Notes: generated by a model from the sequence alone, not told the origin. Positions 27,401 through 42,400 are shown, numbered from the stretch's first letter. The stretch is DNA of 64,000 nt from Antedon mediterranea (GCF_964355755.1 NC_092674.1:6510001-6574000), one strand, 5' to 3'. Translations and numbers: made by a program.

Positions 27401-30400
27401 CTAAGTGAAGCAGGCTTTCAAGTTGTTACAATCACAACAGAAACTTTACATGATACAGATGCTATCTTTGTTGACAGTTACACACGATTCAATGAAAAAC
27501 AACTTCTATCAATTCATACATACTTAAGAAAAGGTCATGGATTGATAGTAGCTGGTCATAACTGGTTTTCCAAGAATGATTGGGTCAACGATGTACTCCT
27601 AGGAAGTGGTATCAAAATCACAGCTGACTATGGTGGTGGCAATCAAATCTACGCTTTGGAGTCAAACTTCGAAAAGGAATACCCAATCATTCTGGAAGAT
27701 GAATATGTCAGTGAAGTCTCCACTAAATCAGAGCTTTTCAGAGGAATCCAACGTTTAGAAGCTCATCAGGTTGAGCCATCTGCAATTAAAACATGCGGAG
27801 AAGCATTTCCACTAATCATGAGCAAAGAAGGAAAAACCATTGCTGCTGCTGCACCATGTGGTCTTGGAAGGATTGCTGCTCTCGGTCACGAAGAATTCAT
27901 AGAACGAAGACAGAGTGCATGGAATGACTTTCCAAAGTTTGTCAATAACATTTGCAAATGGTTAGCAAATTCACGTGGGCAGAAAATAGGTTTTCTGGTT
28001 CCTATCACTGGATACAAGAGATTTAGGAATAACCTTCGTAGTGCAAGATTTGTTGTTTCAGCTATAACAACAGACCAACTGTCAACAGTAAACGTTATCT
28101 ACTCTGACATCTATACCAAATACGATGCCAAAGAGCTGCGGAAGATCAGAAGTTTTGTGACAAACGGTGGCGGTTTACTGGTGGCAGGACAGAATTGGCA
28201 TTTCCAAAGAGAATTTGCCAATGATATTTTATTTGACAGTGGAATCATTTTTACGAAGTCACAAGGTGGAGGAAATCAGGTTTATGTTCCCAGAATGCCT
28301 TTTGTCAAACCATCTGAAAATATGAGCATACTTAGAAGATTATTCTGTTGCATGATGTAGACATTTTTGTTAAGATACTTTCGATTTGCCGCGACAAGCA
28401 ACCTACTCTAGAAAGTCCGGTAATGTTATTTCATTGTACGTTTCCAGGGAGGTTGGGACAAGCTTCTTCACCTTATTACTCGTCAAAGTAGTGGTAGTAG
28501 TGATTTCTAATTCCAGATGATGACTGACGACACATCAATGCATAGGTCGTAGAAAAATGGAAAACTGCATGAATAACTTTGTAAAATAACATTTCTATTA
28601 GAAACAGAAATACTGTTTAATGATTGAATAAGTATTTGAGTATTATAATGAAGGAGTGATCTTATCTATGACCATATACAGTATAATATCCACATTTTTC
28701 CTCAAATTTGTAAAATAAAGTAATAAAATATCTATATTGTAAATATTTGTAAATTACTGAGTATATTCAGTACTATGATAATTTTATGCAATAAGTATTA
28801 GTTTAATTTGGTTTTTTTTTTTAGCCAACAGTATAGTTCCAGAGGGTTTGGTAAGAAATTTGGTATATAGGGTATGGAATTATACTCAAATTGCATTAAC
28901 AATGAAAAAGTGGTATATATATAATAAACCCTAATATTAATACTGGAGTAAAGAATTCTCTTTTTAGTTTACATATGGTAGTACTGTATTAGATAGCAAT
29001 TTTAATTAGTTACTTGCTTGACAAGTATAGCAAAGTTATAAAAAATATTACTTGATTCAGGGAGGCAATTAAGGAAGAGACCTAGTTGAAATGCAGTTCC
29101 AAAGCATAAATTTACTGTACATCATATCAGACCATTCAAATTAGAAGTCTGTATACTGTTGTCTCATGTGACAATTCAAGTAGGCATTTTAAGTAATTCT
29201 GCTGGTTATGTTTATACAACTATCATTGGTACTGTAAATCAATTATTGTTGAATAAATAAATATTAAAATATTGTTTTCATGGATTGGAATAATTTTTTT
29301 CTAGTAGTCATTGTTATCCCAAGCAATGAGAAAGTTCAGAAAAAAAAATAGAAAAAGACACAGACAATAATTAGGCCGATACTTATAGCAGCAATTACAG
29401 TAGATGATAATAATAGTTGCTTACGATTACAATTGTTGATGATAGTTGATGATATATGATGATAATTATGGTTGTTGATGATAGTTGATGATATATGATG
29501 ATAATTATTGTTGTTGATGATAGTTGATGATGTTTGATGATAATTATTGTTGTTGATGATAGTTGATGATATATGATGATAATTATTGTTGTTGATGATA
29601 GTTGATGATATATGATGATAATTATTGTTGTTGATGATAGTTGATGATATATGATGATAATTATTGTTGTTGATGATAGTTGATGATAATTATTGTTGTT
29701 GATGATAGTTGATGATATATGATGATAATTATTGTTGTTGATGATAGTTGATGATATATGATGATAACTATTGTTGATGATGATAGTTGATGATGCTGTT
29801 GATGGTGATGTAGTTGATAATATTTACTGGATAATGAATTTTAAAAAACAAGTAATAACAATTAGTTCCTGATGATAGCTGATGATAATAGTTAGAGATG
29901 ATAACAACAGAAACAGATCCGGGGTTTTTAAATAATAAATTCGACAAGATGTACATTCTATACTGTGCATATTCGTTTTGTTTGTTGTCCCATGACCTAG
30001 GTGGTTGTAGGGGTGTAGCAGACGAGATTCAGTAGTACTCATACGCATTATCTACCAGCGGTGCCTATTTTCTCTCCGGGCTGGCGGGGTTATTACTGGA
30101 TGGCCGTCATGGTTCTCCAACCACCCTCCACACCATGCTCCTAAAGGAGTTGATGTGGGTACCGGTCTGACAGTGGCTGTGTGTGGACTAGTACACCGAG
30201 GTAACCCGCTGCTCGTCTTGAAAGATGTACTAGGTTCTTTAAAGTGCACATGAGCTATGTGTACACTGGACCTACGACCAGAACTATGGAGCGAGTGAGC
30301 CCTTGAACCCTTGCCGATGTTATGGCTACGTAATTACGGATCCATCTGTCTTAACTGCTCGGCCACTCACTCACATACCAAATTTTTATTTCACTTATAT

Positions 30401-33400
30401 AAAGGGATCAAGTCAAACTTATCCTACTGCGGTTTACTGCAGTAACTATATTTACAGTATAACAGTAAGCCAGCCCCGATTGGCACAAAATGCAAAAAAT
30501 TGCAGTTGCAAAAAATACCAACTAAGATCATTACATTATAAACAAACTAATAAATGAGTAATTTATTAATTATTACAGTAACATTTATTGTTAATTATCA
30601 ATCATCGTGTTTCAATTATCTGCCTGTGTTGAGACTGGAGCTTTCATTTGGAAACTAAAAATTTGGACAAGCTATTCTGTAACTGTAAGTAGGAATGTTT
30701 TACTCTCTGAAATAACAATTTTATATCGTAATATTAAATCCAAAATTATGTCATTAAAAAAGCATACGGTTTGGTTTTCGTCAGATCAATGATTATGATT
30801 TCTTTTTTAAGTAGCAGGTTTGAAGAGATGACTGTTCAAAACAATATATATAAATTATATATAAAAAAATATAGAATTAATGTTTTTTTTGCAGAATTTT
30901 CTGAAGAACACCAGCATGGCAACCTCAAAAGTATGAAAATAAGTATAGTGTAGGCCACTATGTAATTTCGTGTCATTTTTTTGTTAAAAGCAAAATTCCA
31001 GCTGATTTAGTGTCTTTAGGATGTAAAGTAATGAAAAAAATATGTTGCCATTTTTTTAAAAAAGCTTAAGGGTGTCAAATCCAAGATGGCCGCCAATACG
31101 TAAAATATCCAATAAATGTACCATATTGGACAAAGTAACACCCATTATGAATAATATTTTAAGTTCATATGGGTTCTCTGCTATATAAGAATTATTATAA
31201 ACCTATATTCATTAGTATTCTGACATTTTGAATTTCAAAATGGCCGCCATTTTTTAAAAAATGGATTAAATTTCTTATTAAAACATGTGCAAGTTATGAC
31301 GTTGATTGAAATCACATAAAATCAAATAAAACAACATTTTTTTTTTAAATGGGTTAAATTTCTTATTAAAACTTGTTAAATAAAATTAGATTGAAATATA
31401 CAAAATGATATGCTTATGACAACAACATGGTGATTAACACAAAATGTTGACCATCAGGAGGTCTATAGTACTGACTGTACACTTCTTCATATTAAAACAT
31501 CTCATAAACTTCTTCAGTTAAATGACAACTAACTCTGCCAAAGTCCTTCAATGAAATATTTCTAATCTTGAATGCGATACAGTAAGTTGACCTTCCTTCG
31601 TTCTCTACTACTGTATCCATCAAACTTCCACAGACTGATCTCCGTTCCCAACAACCTTGTTCAGAAACAAATTGGCAAAATAACTGAAAGACCTCATTTC
31701 ACCGGCAAATAATCTCTATAGGAGTCTTCTTTTACTTTGATAAGTTTGTCACCTGTATTCACCGTCATATATATTTTTTTGCCAATATTCGTCTTTTTCT
31801 TAGGATCCCATATAGACAGTTTGCCTTCTACAAGACTTTTACCAATGCCTCAAACATTTTCTGTCCAATTTCATCATGCCATGGCCAACAAACACCTTTG
31901 TGCGAATTGCAGCATTCTTCATTAACCGGGATATCATCTCTCTTTAAATGTTAACTAGATTTGCCAGCTCTGATGAAATCATTAATTTGTGTTATTCCAA
32001 TGATACCATGCTCAATGACCCTGATCAATTGGTGTAAATCCAGCAAGTCCCACACATACATGTCCTCTCATATACATACTTAACTTAGAATCTCTTTCTC
32101 CGTCTGCATTTGTAGAAGCAAGTTGTAGAGAGAAAGCAGAATTAGTGTGGTTTTGTCCTTTACAGATGTTTTCCATTTAAGATATTTGTGTCCCGATTTG
32201 TGTCACTGGTTGTATAGGTAATACAAGTTCAGTTTCAACAAAAGCACCTGCCTCAACACTATTCTCACAATGCTACATGTCCAAAAGCCATATAGTTCAC
32301 CGGGTGGACATACTAATTGCTTTTTGATGTCATCTCTGTCCACCTCCACTCATCTTGGGCAAGAGTCATCACCAGGCATTCTTGTCTTTCCCTAGTACAT
32401 GAGTTTTTATACCACAACCATGTGCACTCATCAACCCAGTGTATAATGCTGGTCTGTCTGTAGGGGGTACATATCTAATGAAATTGGTTGAGATTGTAGA
32501 AGATGAGAAGTAGGAGTTCATTCATTTACAAGGTTATTTATAGGCAGAGGTGTATCTGTATTTCCTTCAAGCTTCTGCCAAAAGTTGACAGGTTGAAAAC
32601 TTACCAACCATACTGGTGACTATGGCCCTGAAGGTTCAGACATTGAATTACATAGCAATAACGCATTTATTATTTAACATATTTATACAGGATTTCACAA
32701 TAAGTTATAAATGCACTTGTTGTATATTGTGGTCCTGTCTCCTGTCAAGTTTCAGGTTCATGAAAAGAAATGAGATCTGTAATTTAGAATCTATATATAA
32801 ATTATGGTTAATTCTGACATAGGCGAGCACAATGGAAAAACTTTGGAACAAATTTCTGCCTTGGATACCTACCTGAACTATCTCAGGTGTACCGCGAAAT
32901 GTAAAACAGTTTTCACTATTACGATATTGTTCCATATTTCTATCTTAGGAATATATTATAAAGAGTTTTAAAACAAAATTTCTGATTCATCGGTAGATTT
33001 TCAACTCAATTTCAATTGTACGCGGTCAAAGTAATTTCCAGGTTCACGATGAGTTCACAGGTTCACCTTGCAACTACCTGGTTTCAGTTAAGTTGGTCGT
33101 TAGTGGCTATAGCTATTTTAGTTTTTTGTTTATTTTCGGATCGGACCGCGCGTGTGAAGGTACAGTAGTTAAAAAATAAAATCCCGATAGCCGAGTTTTA
33201 TTGAGTAAGCTGGCAGGAATAACTGTAGGCTATCTGTGTCCCATTAGGGCCCATATTGCAAGCAGTCTAAAAACATCTTCCTTCTTGGGCCGAAACGGCC
33301 TACACTGTCGCGGGAGTTAGTTTTAAAAGATGTTTAAATGAAATAATGTATTATGATGGTATTTATTTGAATAAACGCCTCCCAATAAAACATCACTTTG

Positions 33401-36400
33401 AATAATAATCGCCTACACCCCCCCCCCCCCCCACCTACCCAACTATCTAATAAACGCCCATCTACATTAATTATACACACAATATTGTATATACTATTTA
33501 TAATAGAATTACCCGAGTCATTATCCTTCCGAGAACCTTCGTTTACACTTCCTAGAGGGGAGCTAGCGAACTAGAGGTCTAACCCTCTAGTTAGACGTAA
33601 TTGATGTTGAATATTTGATATAAATTGTTAATTTGTTCCATACTTTTGCAACTCCAACTTTGAACGATTATTTAATTTAATAGTCATAGTGGGGTATTAT
33701 ATATCTGTTATACAGGACATTGACAACTTTAGCCTTATATTTACAGTTTACAATCCTGTGAGAAGTGACAACAATTTTAGAACATTGTGTACAAACAACA
33801 ATTTATGCACACATTTAAAAAAAATTATTTAAAGAATTTAATTTTTAGTGGCGGCCATTTTGAAATCCAAGATGGCCGACAGATTATCGCTTTACATAGT
33901 TAGGATTGTATAATGGGTACAGTAATACCATCAAAACGGACTTGTTCCACATTCATAATTTGTATTATTGGTGATATTCTGATTTTTAATAGGGTTATTT
34001 GAATGTTGGCGGCCATCTTGAATTTGGTCCTTTAAAGGTCTTTTGAAAAAATGGCAACATATTTTTTTTCATTCCTTATATTATCAAGATATGAAATAAA
34101 GTCAAAGTTTGCTTTTAACAAAAAATATACACGACATTCATATAAACGACATACCAGCCTACACTAGTACCGGTACTCTCTTCTTTATAAATATGTCAAC
34201 ATACTAAGAAAATAATCTAATAATAAAAAGAGTGTAGGAAATATACTGTAAAATAAAGATTCCTTAAGAATGGAACAAACCATTTCATAATAGGGGTATA
34301 CTCTATTTCTACACAAGGTACTGAAAGGTACAAGTATCATCAAAATTGTATTACAATATATTATAAATAACCATATCTATTCTACAGGTTAAATCGCAAG
34401 AATTTCTTATTAAAGGTGTCATACCCCTAAAACCATTAGACTGTGCTGTATCTAGGCTGGGTATTGTTGGAGATGCTTTTCCTGTTATATTGACGCCAGA
34501 TGAAAAAATCGCAGTGGCAGGAGCAATGTTTGGAAAGGGTCGAATTGTGCAAATGGCTCACGAAGCATATGTGTCGGTGACAGATGAAGCTAGTGGTTGG
34601 CCACGACTGGTCCGCAATATCTACAAATGGTTAGCACCGGGAATATGTCGGCCTAAAGTTGGAATACTCCGACTGGGTTCAAACAAATACGAAGGTCACC
34701 TTGAAGGAATTAAAAAATATGGGTTTATCAGTTCGTACGTCGAAAAGGTAGATGAGTTCAACTCCGTTGATGTACTCCTTGGCGATACATACACAAAGTA
34801 CAATGATGAGGTGCTCAACGTAATTCGTACTCTGGTGAAGGATAAAGGAAAAGGAGTCTTCTTGATTGGTCACAATTGGGCTTCTTCAAATAACTACGCA
34901 AATGGTCTTTTGTTCGATTGCGGAATCACAGTAACAACTGAATATGTTGCTTATGATGCAAAAAAACTACTCAAGCCAGTGAAGATTGCAACTAGTTCAA
35001 AATGATAACATAATTAATCACACATGATTGTGAATGTAAGAATTGAGAACTAATATTAATCATTTACTATAACATGTTTACATTTTGATATTGAAAATGT
35101 GTTTAGTTGGTCGCTTTCTCGTAGATGCTTTAAATGTAGAACGAAATTTGTGTTTTTGGGGTTTTTTTATTTCTGTGTGCTCCGTTCTGGGTTGACCAAC
35201 TAGCATAGTTGTTTAGCACCTGTTTGGTCTTTCCTTGCCTTTTATACTTGTTTTGTCTTCTTTATATTGTGTATGGCAGAAAATTGAATAAATTAAAAAA
35301 AAATAAATTTAAAAAAAAATTTGGAGTTCAAAATAGTCTAATCAGATGTCAGAGGTTTAATGTTAACAAATCTGCAAGGAGACTATTAAAGAAAAACATT
35401 ATTTATACTATATACTGTGTTTACATTATTGTACAATCTAATAATTTATGTCATTGTCATTTATTGTAAGGTGTATATATGAATAAATAACATGAAGTTT
35501 ATACTGTATATATTTTTTATTTCATTTGTGTTATTTCATTCATCCCAACGACGGTAGCACAAACCTCAAGGATTGGTGACATGATCTAAACAAATTCTTT
35601 TCAAATTTAATATCAACACAGACATTTTTTTTTTTATATTTGTTATTTATACTGGTGACCAAGAATTGGTCTCACAGAGGGCCCATTGGCTGTGTGTGTA
35701 CTAGCACACCAGGGTAACCCCTACTCATCTCCAAAGATGTAATAGATTCTTTTAAGTGCACATGAGCTAGGTGTATACACTGGACCTAAGGTTTATAGTC
35801 TCTATCCGAGAAAACTCCTTCTACCACCAGAATCATGGCGTGAGTGAGCCTTGCTTGAACCCTTGCCGATGGTATGGCTACATACGGTTCCACTGTCTTA
35901 ACCGCTCGACCATGAACCCATTCTCCATTCAGTTGTACAGTATATAATGTCAAAGAAAATAGGTTATCTGCCCACCTTTGAAACATACATTTACAGACCT
36001 TTTTCAAACTTTACCAAACAAGTTCTTTGATAATATTAAAACAGATTTGGAAAAATGGTTAAAGGTATTATGATGAAATGGGAGTGGTTGAGAGAATGCA
36101 TACAACACTTCACTTGTACTTAATCAATAGTCTGTCAAATATTAACCAGTATCATCATATAGTAGTAATAGTTACGGGTGTGTGTGTTCCATACTATTTC
36201 AAGTTTACATACTATTAATTATACACAAAGCAAATGGTGTAGACGTATGTCGGAAGCTACCACATGTGATTGAATGTAATTGCCAAGAAATTTGCATTAA
36301 CAAGGTGAAGTATGTCACTTATTTACGTTTGAACACCGCCCTAGAAAATATGTGAACTTTATACTTAATTCATTATTAGATGTTAATTAATATCTAAAAC

Positions 36401-39400
36401 AATCAATATGAGAAAATCTGCAAGAGTTTGAAAATATTGTTTATTATTCTATATAAATTCTATATAAACACTATACTAGAGAAACAGCAATATAATTAAT
36501 TAATGGTGAAGATAAGATAATAAGAAAAAGTCTCTTCAAATGAGATTCGAATCTTTTTTTTTTTTTTATTTATTTTATAACGCATGCAACAGCAAGCACA
36601 AACTCACCAATTACAAAATGGATAAACTATTTTATATTTATCATGCTTAAAACTAAGTCTCATTTGAGGCTTAGAAGTGGAGTTGAAAGAGTCGTGAGTT
36701 ACAACCCTGAACCTTGGAATTAGAAGGCAAGCGTTTTACCACTAAAGCTACAGCTCCACTACTTGATATGAAAATATTCTACAATTAAACCACCAATGGG
36801 TCTTTTATGGTACAGGGGTATCTTATACGGAACTCTCCAAACTCTTTATAGAAGTGTTCTTGGATATTTCAGATATGTTGTGGTCCTCAGACATCTTAAT
36901 TAAGCAACAGCTTGGATATTTATTCAATAGACCAATAACAAACAATTCCTATTTAAAATACACATTTTCATCCAAAATTTCTATTGAAAAAATTTCACAA
37001 ATGTTTGTTTTCTAGAGATTTGCATTGGGCAACATTTGTAGTAAAGTTTGGAATGGCATCTGAGAAGGTAAAGTACACCATCAACCATGAATGTTAAAAG
37101 GGTGTTTTTAGCTACTTATAAGGCACATGGGTTGGAAATAGGGACTTAGGAAACGGTAAAAGTACCCAGTACCTACATCAAACTAATGGCACAAACATAA
37201 TAAAGAATAGTTTAAAAAACTCAGCTCAGGGAGGAGACAACTTCAGGTCCAAGAAAAGTTTACCCTTAATAGGGATGTCCCAAAGGAGGGGCTGCATTGT
37301 ATTGAAACAATTTTCCAGCCCAAAGGTCTTAATTAACTGAGTTAACTGTAATTCTGTACTTTATTCATTATAGACGGCAACATCGCAAGAATTACTTTTC
37401 AAAGGAGTTGAGAAATTGGCTGCAAATACGAATGTACCATCAATCATGAAGATATCGAAAGAGGCATTCCCCTTGGTTTACAGCAAAAAGAAAGAGGTGA
37501 TTGCAGCCGGAACACACTTTGGAAAAGGCCGAATGATTGCTGTCTCACACAGACAATACATATCAAAAGAGTTTGAAGAGAAAACAGGATGGCCAAGATT
37601 TTCACGGAACGTATATAAGTGGTTAGCCCCTGATATCTGCAGACCTAAAATTGGAATACTCAAGGTCAAAGATCAAGAATATTATAAAAAACATTATGAT
37701 AACATGACCACATTTGGATTCATCGTATCTCATGTAAGTAGTTTGACAGAGCTAGACAAAATGGATGCATTTCTTGCAGATACATCAACTAAGTATGATA
37801 AAGATGTTCTTGATAAAATCACAGATCTTGTACAGAACAAAGGTAAAGGAGTTTTCATAATTGGTCATAATAACGGCAATGTAAACCCATCTGGAAATGA
37901 CATATTGCTAGATTGTGGGATGAAAATTACAAGCAACCGGGCAGCAAGTGGTGAATCACTACAACTAGCTAAGCCAGGTACTGGCATAACACCTGCTGGT
38001 GATGGGGGCTCAGGTGGTGATGGGGGCTCAGGTGGTGCTGGCGGCTCAGGTGGAGCTGGCGGCTCAGGTGGTGCTGGTGGCGCAGGTGGAGCTGGCGGCT
38101 CAGGTGGTGAAGGCGGCTCAGGTGGAGCTGGCGGCTCAGGTGCTGGTGGAAACTAAGTACTTCTTCAAGCATACAGTAGCTTAATCCAGGATGAGTGAAA
38201 TAAATTTTCATTTGAAATAAAAATGGAACAATTTCACAAATCCTCAACAAATTAAAATTACTAAAGCTGCTCATAGCCAAAGGAGACGGAATACATTAAA
38301 ATAAAAACAGATCACTATAGCATGGTGGAAATTGAAATAAATATTTAAACTCAAAGTTAAACGATTGTCCAATTGTCATAATTAGTTTGTTTATGAATAA
38401 AATTAATGGTGAAATACTTGGAAAACAGGATTGATAAATGACGAGCTAGATAGAAAAGGTGGAGGGGTCGCCCTCTATATTTCAAATGATTTAAACTTTA
38501 AAATTAGAACCGACATCAATTTACCGTCCAATCCAACATATGAATCCCTCTTTATCGAAGTTGAAAATGAACTTAAAAATAGCATAGTAGGTATTATATA
38601 CAGACCACCCAATAGTTCCACCCATCCCTTTTTAAACAACCTCTCAACATGCATTGACATGGCGTCACGTGAAAAAAAACACTCGTTTGTTTGTGGCGAC
38701 TTTAACCTTGACCTTCTCAAACATACAACACATAGTCCCACTAATGAATTTTTAAACATCATGTACTCTGCATCCTTTTACCCTCTCATTGATAAACCCA
38801 CCCGAATTACTACCAAATCCTCTACCCTTATTGATAACATATTTTCCAATGTTCTTGACCATAAACTTACTCCAGGTATACTATACAACGACATCACCGA
38901 TCACTTCCCAATATTCCAAATACCAAATAATCCCAATGTTAACTCTCATACTCGTCAGATACAAATTAAAAATACGTACTCCACAAGAAAAATTAATTCT
39001 AAAACAATTGCATCATTAGGTGTCAATTCAATCAACACAAACTGGAATGAGGTATATGAAAACAACTCTGCGGAGGAATCATATAAATCATTCCATGATA
39101 AATTTTCTTTATTATACAATACTAATATTCCAAGGACAAAAATTAAAATAAATAAACGCAAACTAAACAAACCTTGGATAACAAATGGAATAATAAAATC
39201 TATAAATACTCGAAATAAACTATATAAAAAATACATAAATTCACCTACCCAAATCAATAAAACCAACTATATAACATTCAGAAATAAACTTACCCATCTG
39301 ATTAGAATTTCAAGTAAACAACATTTTACAAATAAATTTGATAATTACAAAAACAACATAAAAAAAACATGGCAAACAATCAATAATATCTTAGGGAAAA

Positions 39401-42400
39401 ACATCCAAAAGACAACAGCCACATTTTTTCTAAATGACAACATTATATTAACTGATCCCATTGAAATTGCTACCAAATTTAATCAATATTTTACTGAAAT
39501 TGGCCCCAAGCTTGCTTCAAAAATCCAATCCAACAGTGGAAATTTCTCTGACTTTCTCAACAACCCCACCAAAGACTCTATCTTCTTCTCCCCCACCTCT
39601 AGCAAAGAAATTCTCGACATCACATCAAAATTTAAAAATGGCAAAAGCTCTGGGCCGGATGACATTGACCCTAAGGTTTTAAAAGATATTGCACCATTTA
39701 TTGCCGGTCCCCTTACTCATATTTTTAATCTTTCTCTTTCTACTGGTATTTTTCCATCCTCCCTAAAAACTGCTAAAGTAATCCCCGTTTTCAAAAAGAA
39801 CGACCCACATTCCTTCTCAAACTATCGACCTATCTCTCTCCTACCTTGCTTTTCTAAAATACTAGAACGCATTATCTATGACAGACTTTATCATTTCTTC
39901 TCTACCCATAACATTCTTCAAAACAACCAGTATGGCTTCCGCTTACAACACTCCACTGATCTCGCACTTCTTGACATCCAAAATAAAATTTCTGTCGCAC
40001 TATCAAATAAACATCACACCATTGGCCTATTCCTCGACCTATCCAAAGCTTTTGACACTATTGACCATTCAATCCTCTTATCTAAACTTAACCACTATGG
40101 CATCCGTGGAATTCCTTTATCCCTAATTACTAACTACCTTCAAGACAGAATGCAATTCACTTCTTTTAATTCTCACTCCTCTGACATCCTTCCTGTTAAA
40201 TGTGGCGTTCCTCAAGGTTCTATTCTTGGTCCCCTTCTCTTCCTAATCTACATAAATGATCTGATTTATGCCTCAAACTATTTCTCTTATGTTCTATTTG
40301 CAGATGACACTAATATCTTTCTCTCCAGCCCAGATCCTAACACTTTAATTCAAACTTTCAACCGAGAAATCCGAAACGTTTCAAACTGGTTTAAACATCA
40401 GCAAAACAAATTACATTCACTTTTCCGGAAATAAAAACAATAATAATGCTACAAATACAAATATCTATATCGATAATATACCCATCAAACCAGTCGACCA
40501 CACCCATTTTCTTGGTGTAATTATTGATAATAAACTGAACTGGAATCTCCATATTAATAACATATCAAACAAAATTTCAAGAACTATTGGCATACTAAAT
40601 AAACTTAAATTCACTCTTCCGTCTAACATCCTTTTTTCTTTATATAATACTCTAATACTTCCACATCTCTCTTACTGCAACATTGCATGGGCAGCCACTA
40701 ACTCAAAACATCGAACTCTCTGTCCATGGACCAGCACGGAAACAACCAAAATAGACAAACTTTTCAAACTCCAAAAAAAGGCCCTTCGCATTTGCACTCT
40801 CTCAAAATACCTCTCCCACTCTAAACCTCTTTTTCACACCCTAAATACCCTAAACATTTTTGACATTAATAAATTGCAAACTGCCCTCTTCATGTTTAGG
40901 TACTCAAATAACAAACTTCCATCCACTTTCAACGGTTTCTTCACTAAAAATAACGAACTACACAAATATAACACTAGGAACGCAAACAACTACATTTCCA
41001 AAAACTATAGCAGTAAGCAAATACTTAACTCTATACTACATACCGGTCCCCTACTCTGGAACTCTCTTAATCCGTCAATAACTAATAGCAAAACAAATAA
41101 TACTCTAAAAATAAACTACAAATCTTATCTAATATCAAAATATAAAGTAAATTAATTATTTTGATCATATTAATAAATTATAATTAAATTTAATTAGGCA
41201 ACTCATATAAATACAGTTTGTCCTTCCTGTCGTCCTTGTTGTGTTTGTATCGTCGTACATGTCCGTCCCTGTCTGTCAGTAGCGTACCTTCACTTTGCTT
41301 ATTATTATTATTTTTAACTTTTTTATTCTTTCTGGTGGATCCAGGCTTAAAGCCCCTTGGGGTTTAAATGGTATTCTCCAGGCATAATGCAACTATTATT
41401 TACTTAATTTCCAACCACTTGTATCTTTTATATTTTGTACATGTTTGCATTATGTGAATAAATTTGAACTTGAACTTGAACTTGAACAATGCATTAACAC
41501 AAGAATAAACTAAAAATATATTTAATCTTGAAGTAAAAACCATTGTCAAGTATCATCATCTGCTAATTTGTTTACTAATTAAATTGACGGTCAAATACGA
41601 AGAAACCATTGCTGATAAATGGGAGGAGCTACAAATGTGCAATGTCAACATAAACATTAACTAAAAATACTTAAACTTTTTATCTACTGTATCATTACCA
41701 TTAAGCTCGTTAAAAATGACGATGTTGTCCAAAACAAGATGTAAGTATTATATTACAATTTTTTTTCTTGTCATTTTGTATGCATACAAATGATGAATTG
41801 GTTGTAGCGAAAATTAATGTCTTTTTTTCAAAGGTAGAATTTTCAACAAACATTTTATAAGGCTTTAAAACATTTTTAGTAGTAGTAAAACTCTATTTCA
41901 GATCTACCTTGAGGCTGTAAACTACCATTAGATAGTAACAAATATATTATACAACTATGACTTCAAAAAAGGTAAGAAATAATCTTTTTTTTCTGGTTTT
42001 TTTTTTAAATTTTAATTTCTGTCTGCCCCCCACTTTGGGATTCATTTTAGGGGATGGGAAGAAGACAAAATCTAAGCAATTAGCCCAGGGAAAATAAAGA
42101 GGAGGAGATGTAGCTCTTTTACGCCAATCATATCACTGACATTCTATTATTTGAAACACAATCAAGAGTTCATCATAAGGGGCACCTGGACAATACATCC
42201 ATCAGTTCACACAACCACTTCCACTTGTGTACAGAAAGAACTGTACACTATTGTATTGAAAACAAAAACAATTTTCCAGCCCAAAGGTCTTTACTGTAAT
42301 CCTGTACTTTATTCACTACAGAAGGCAACATCGCAAGAATTTCTGTTCAAAGGAGTTGAGAAATTGGCTGCAAATACGAATGTACCATCAATCATGAAGA

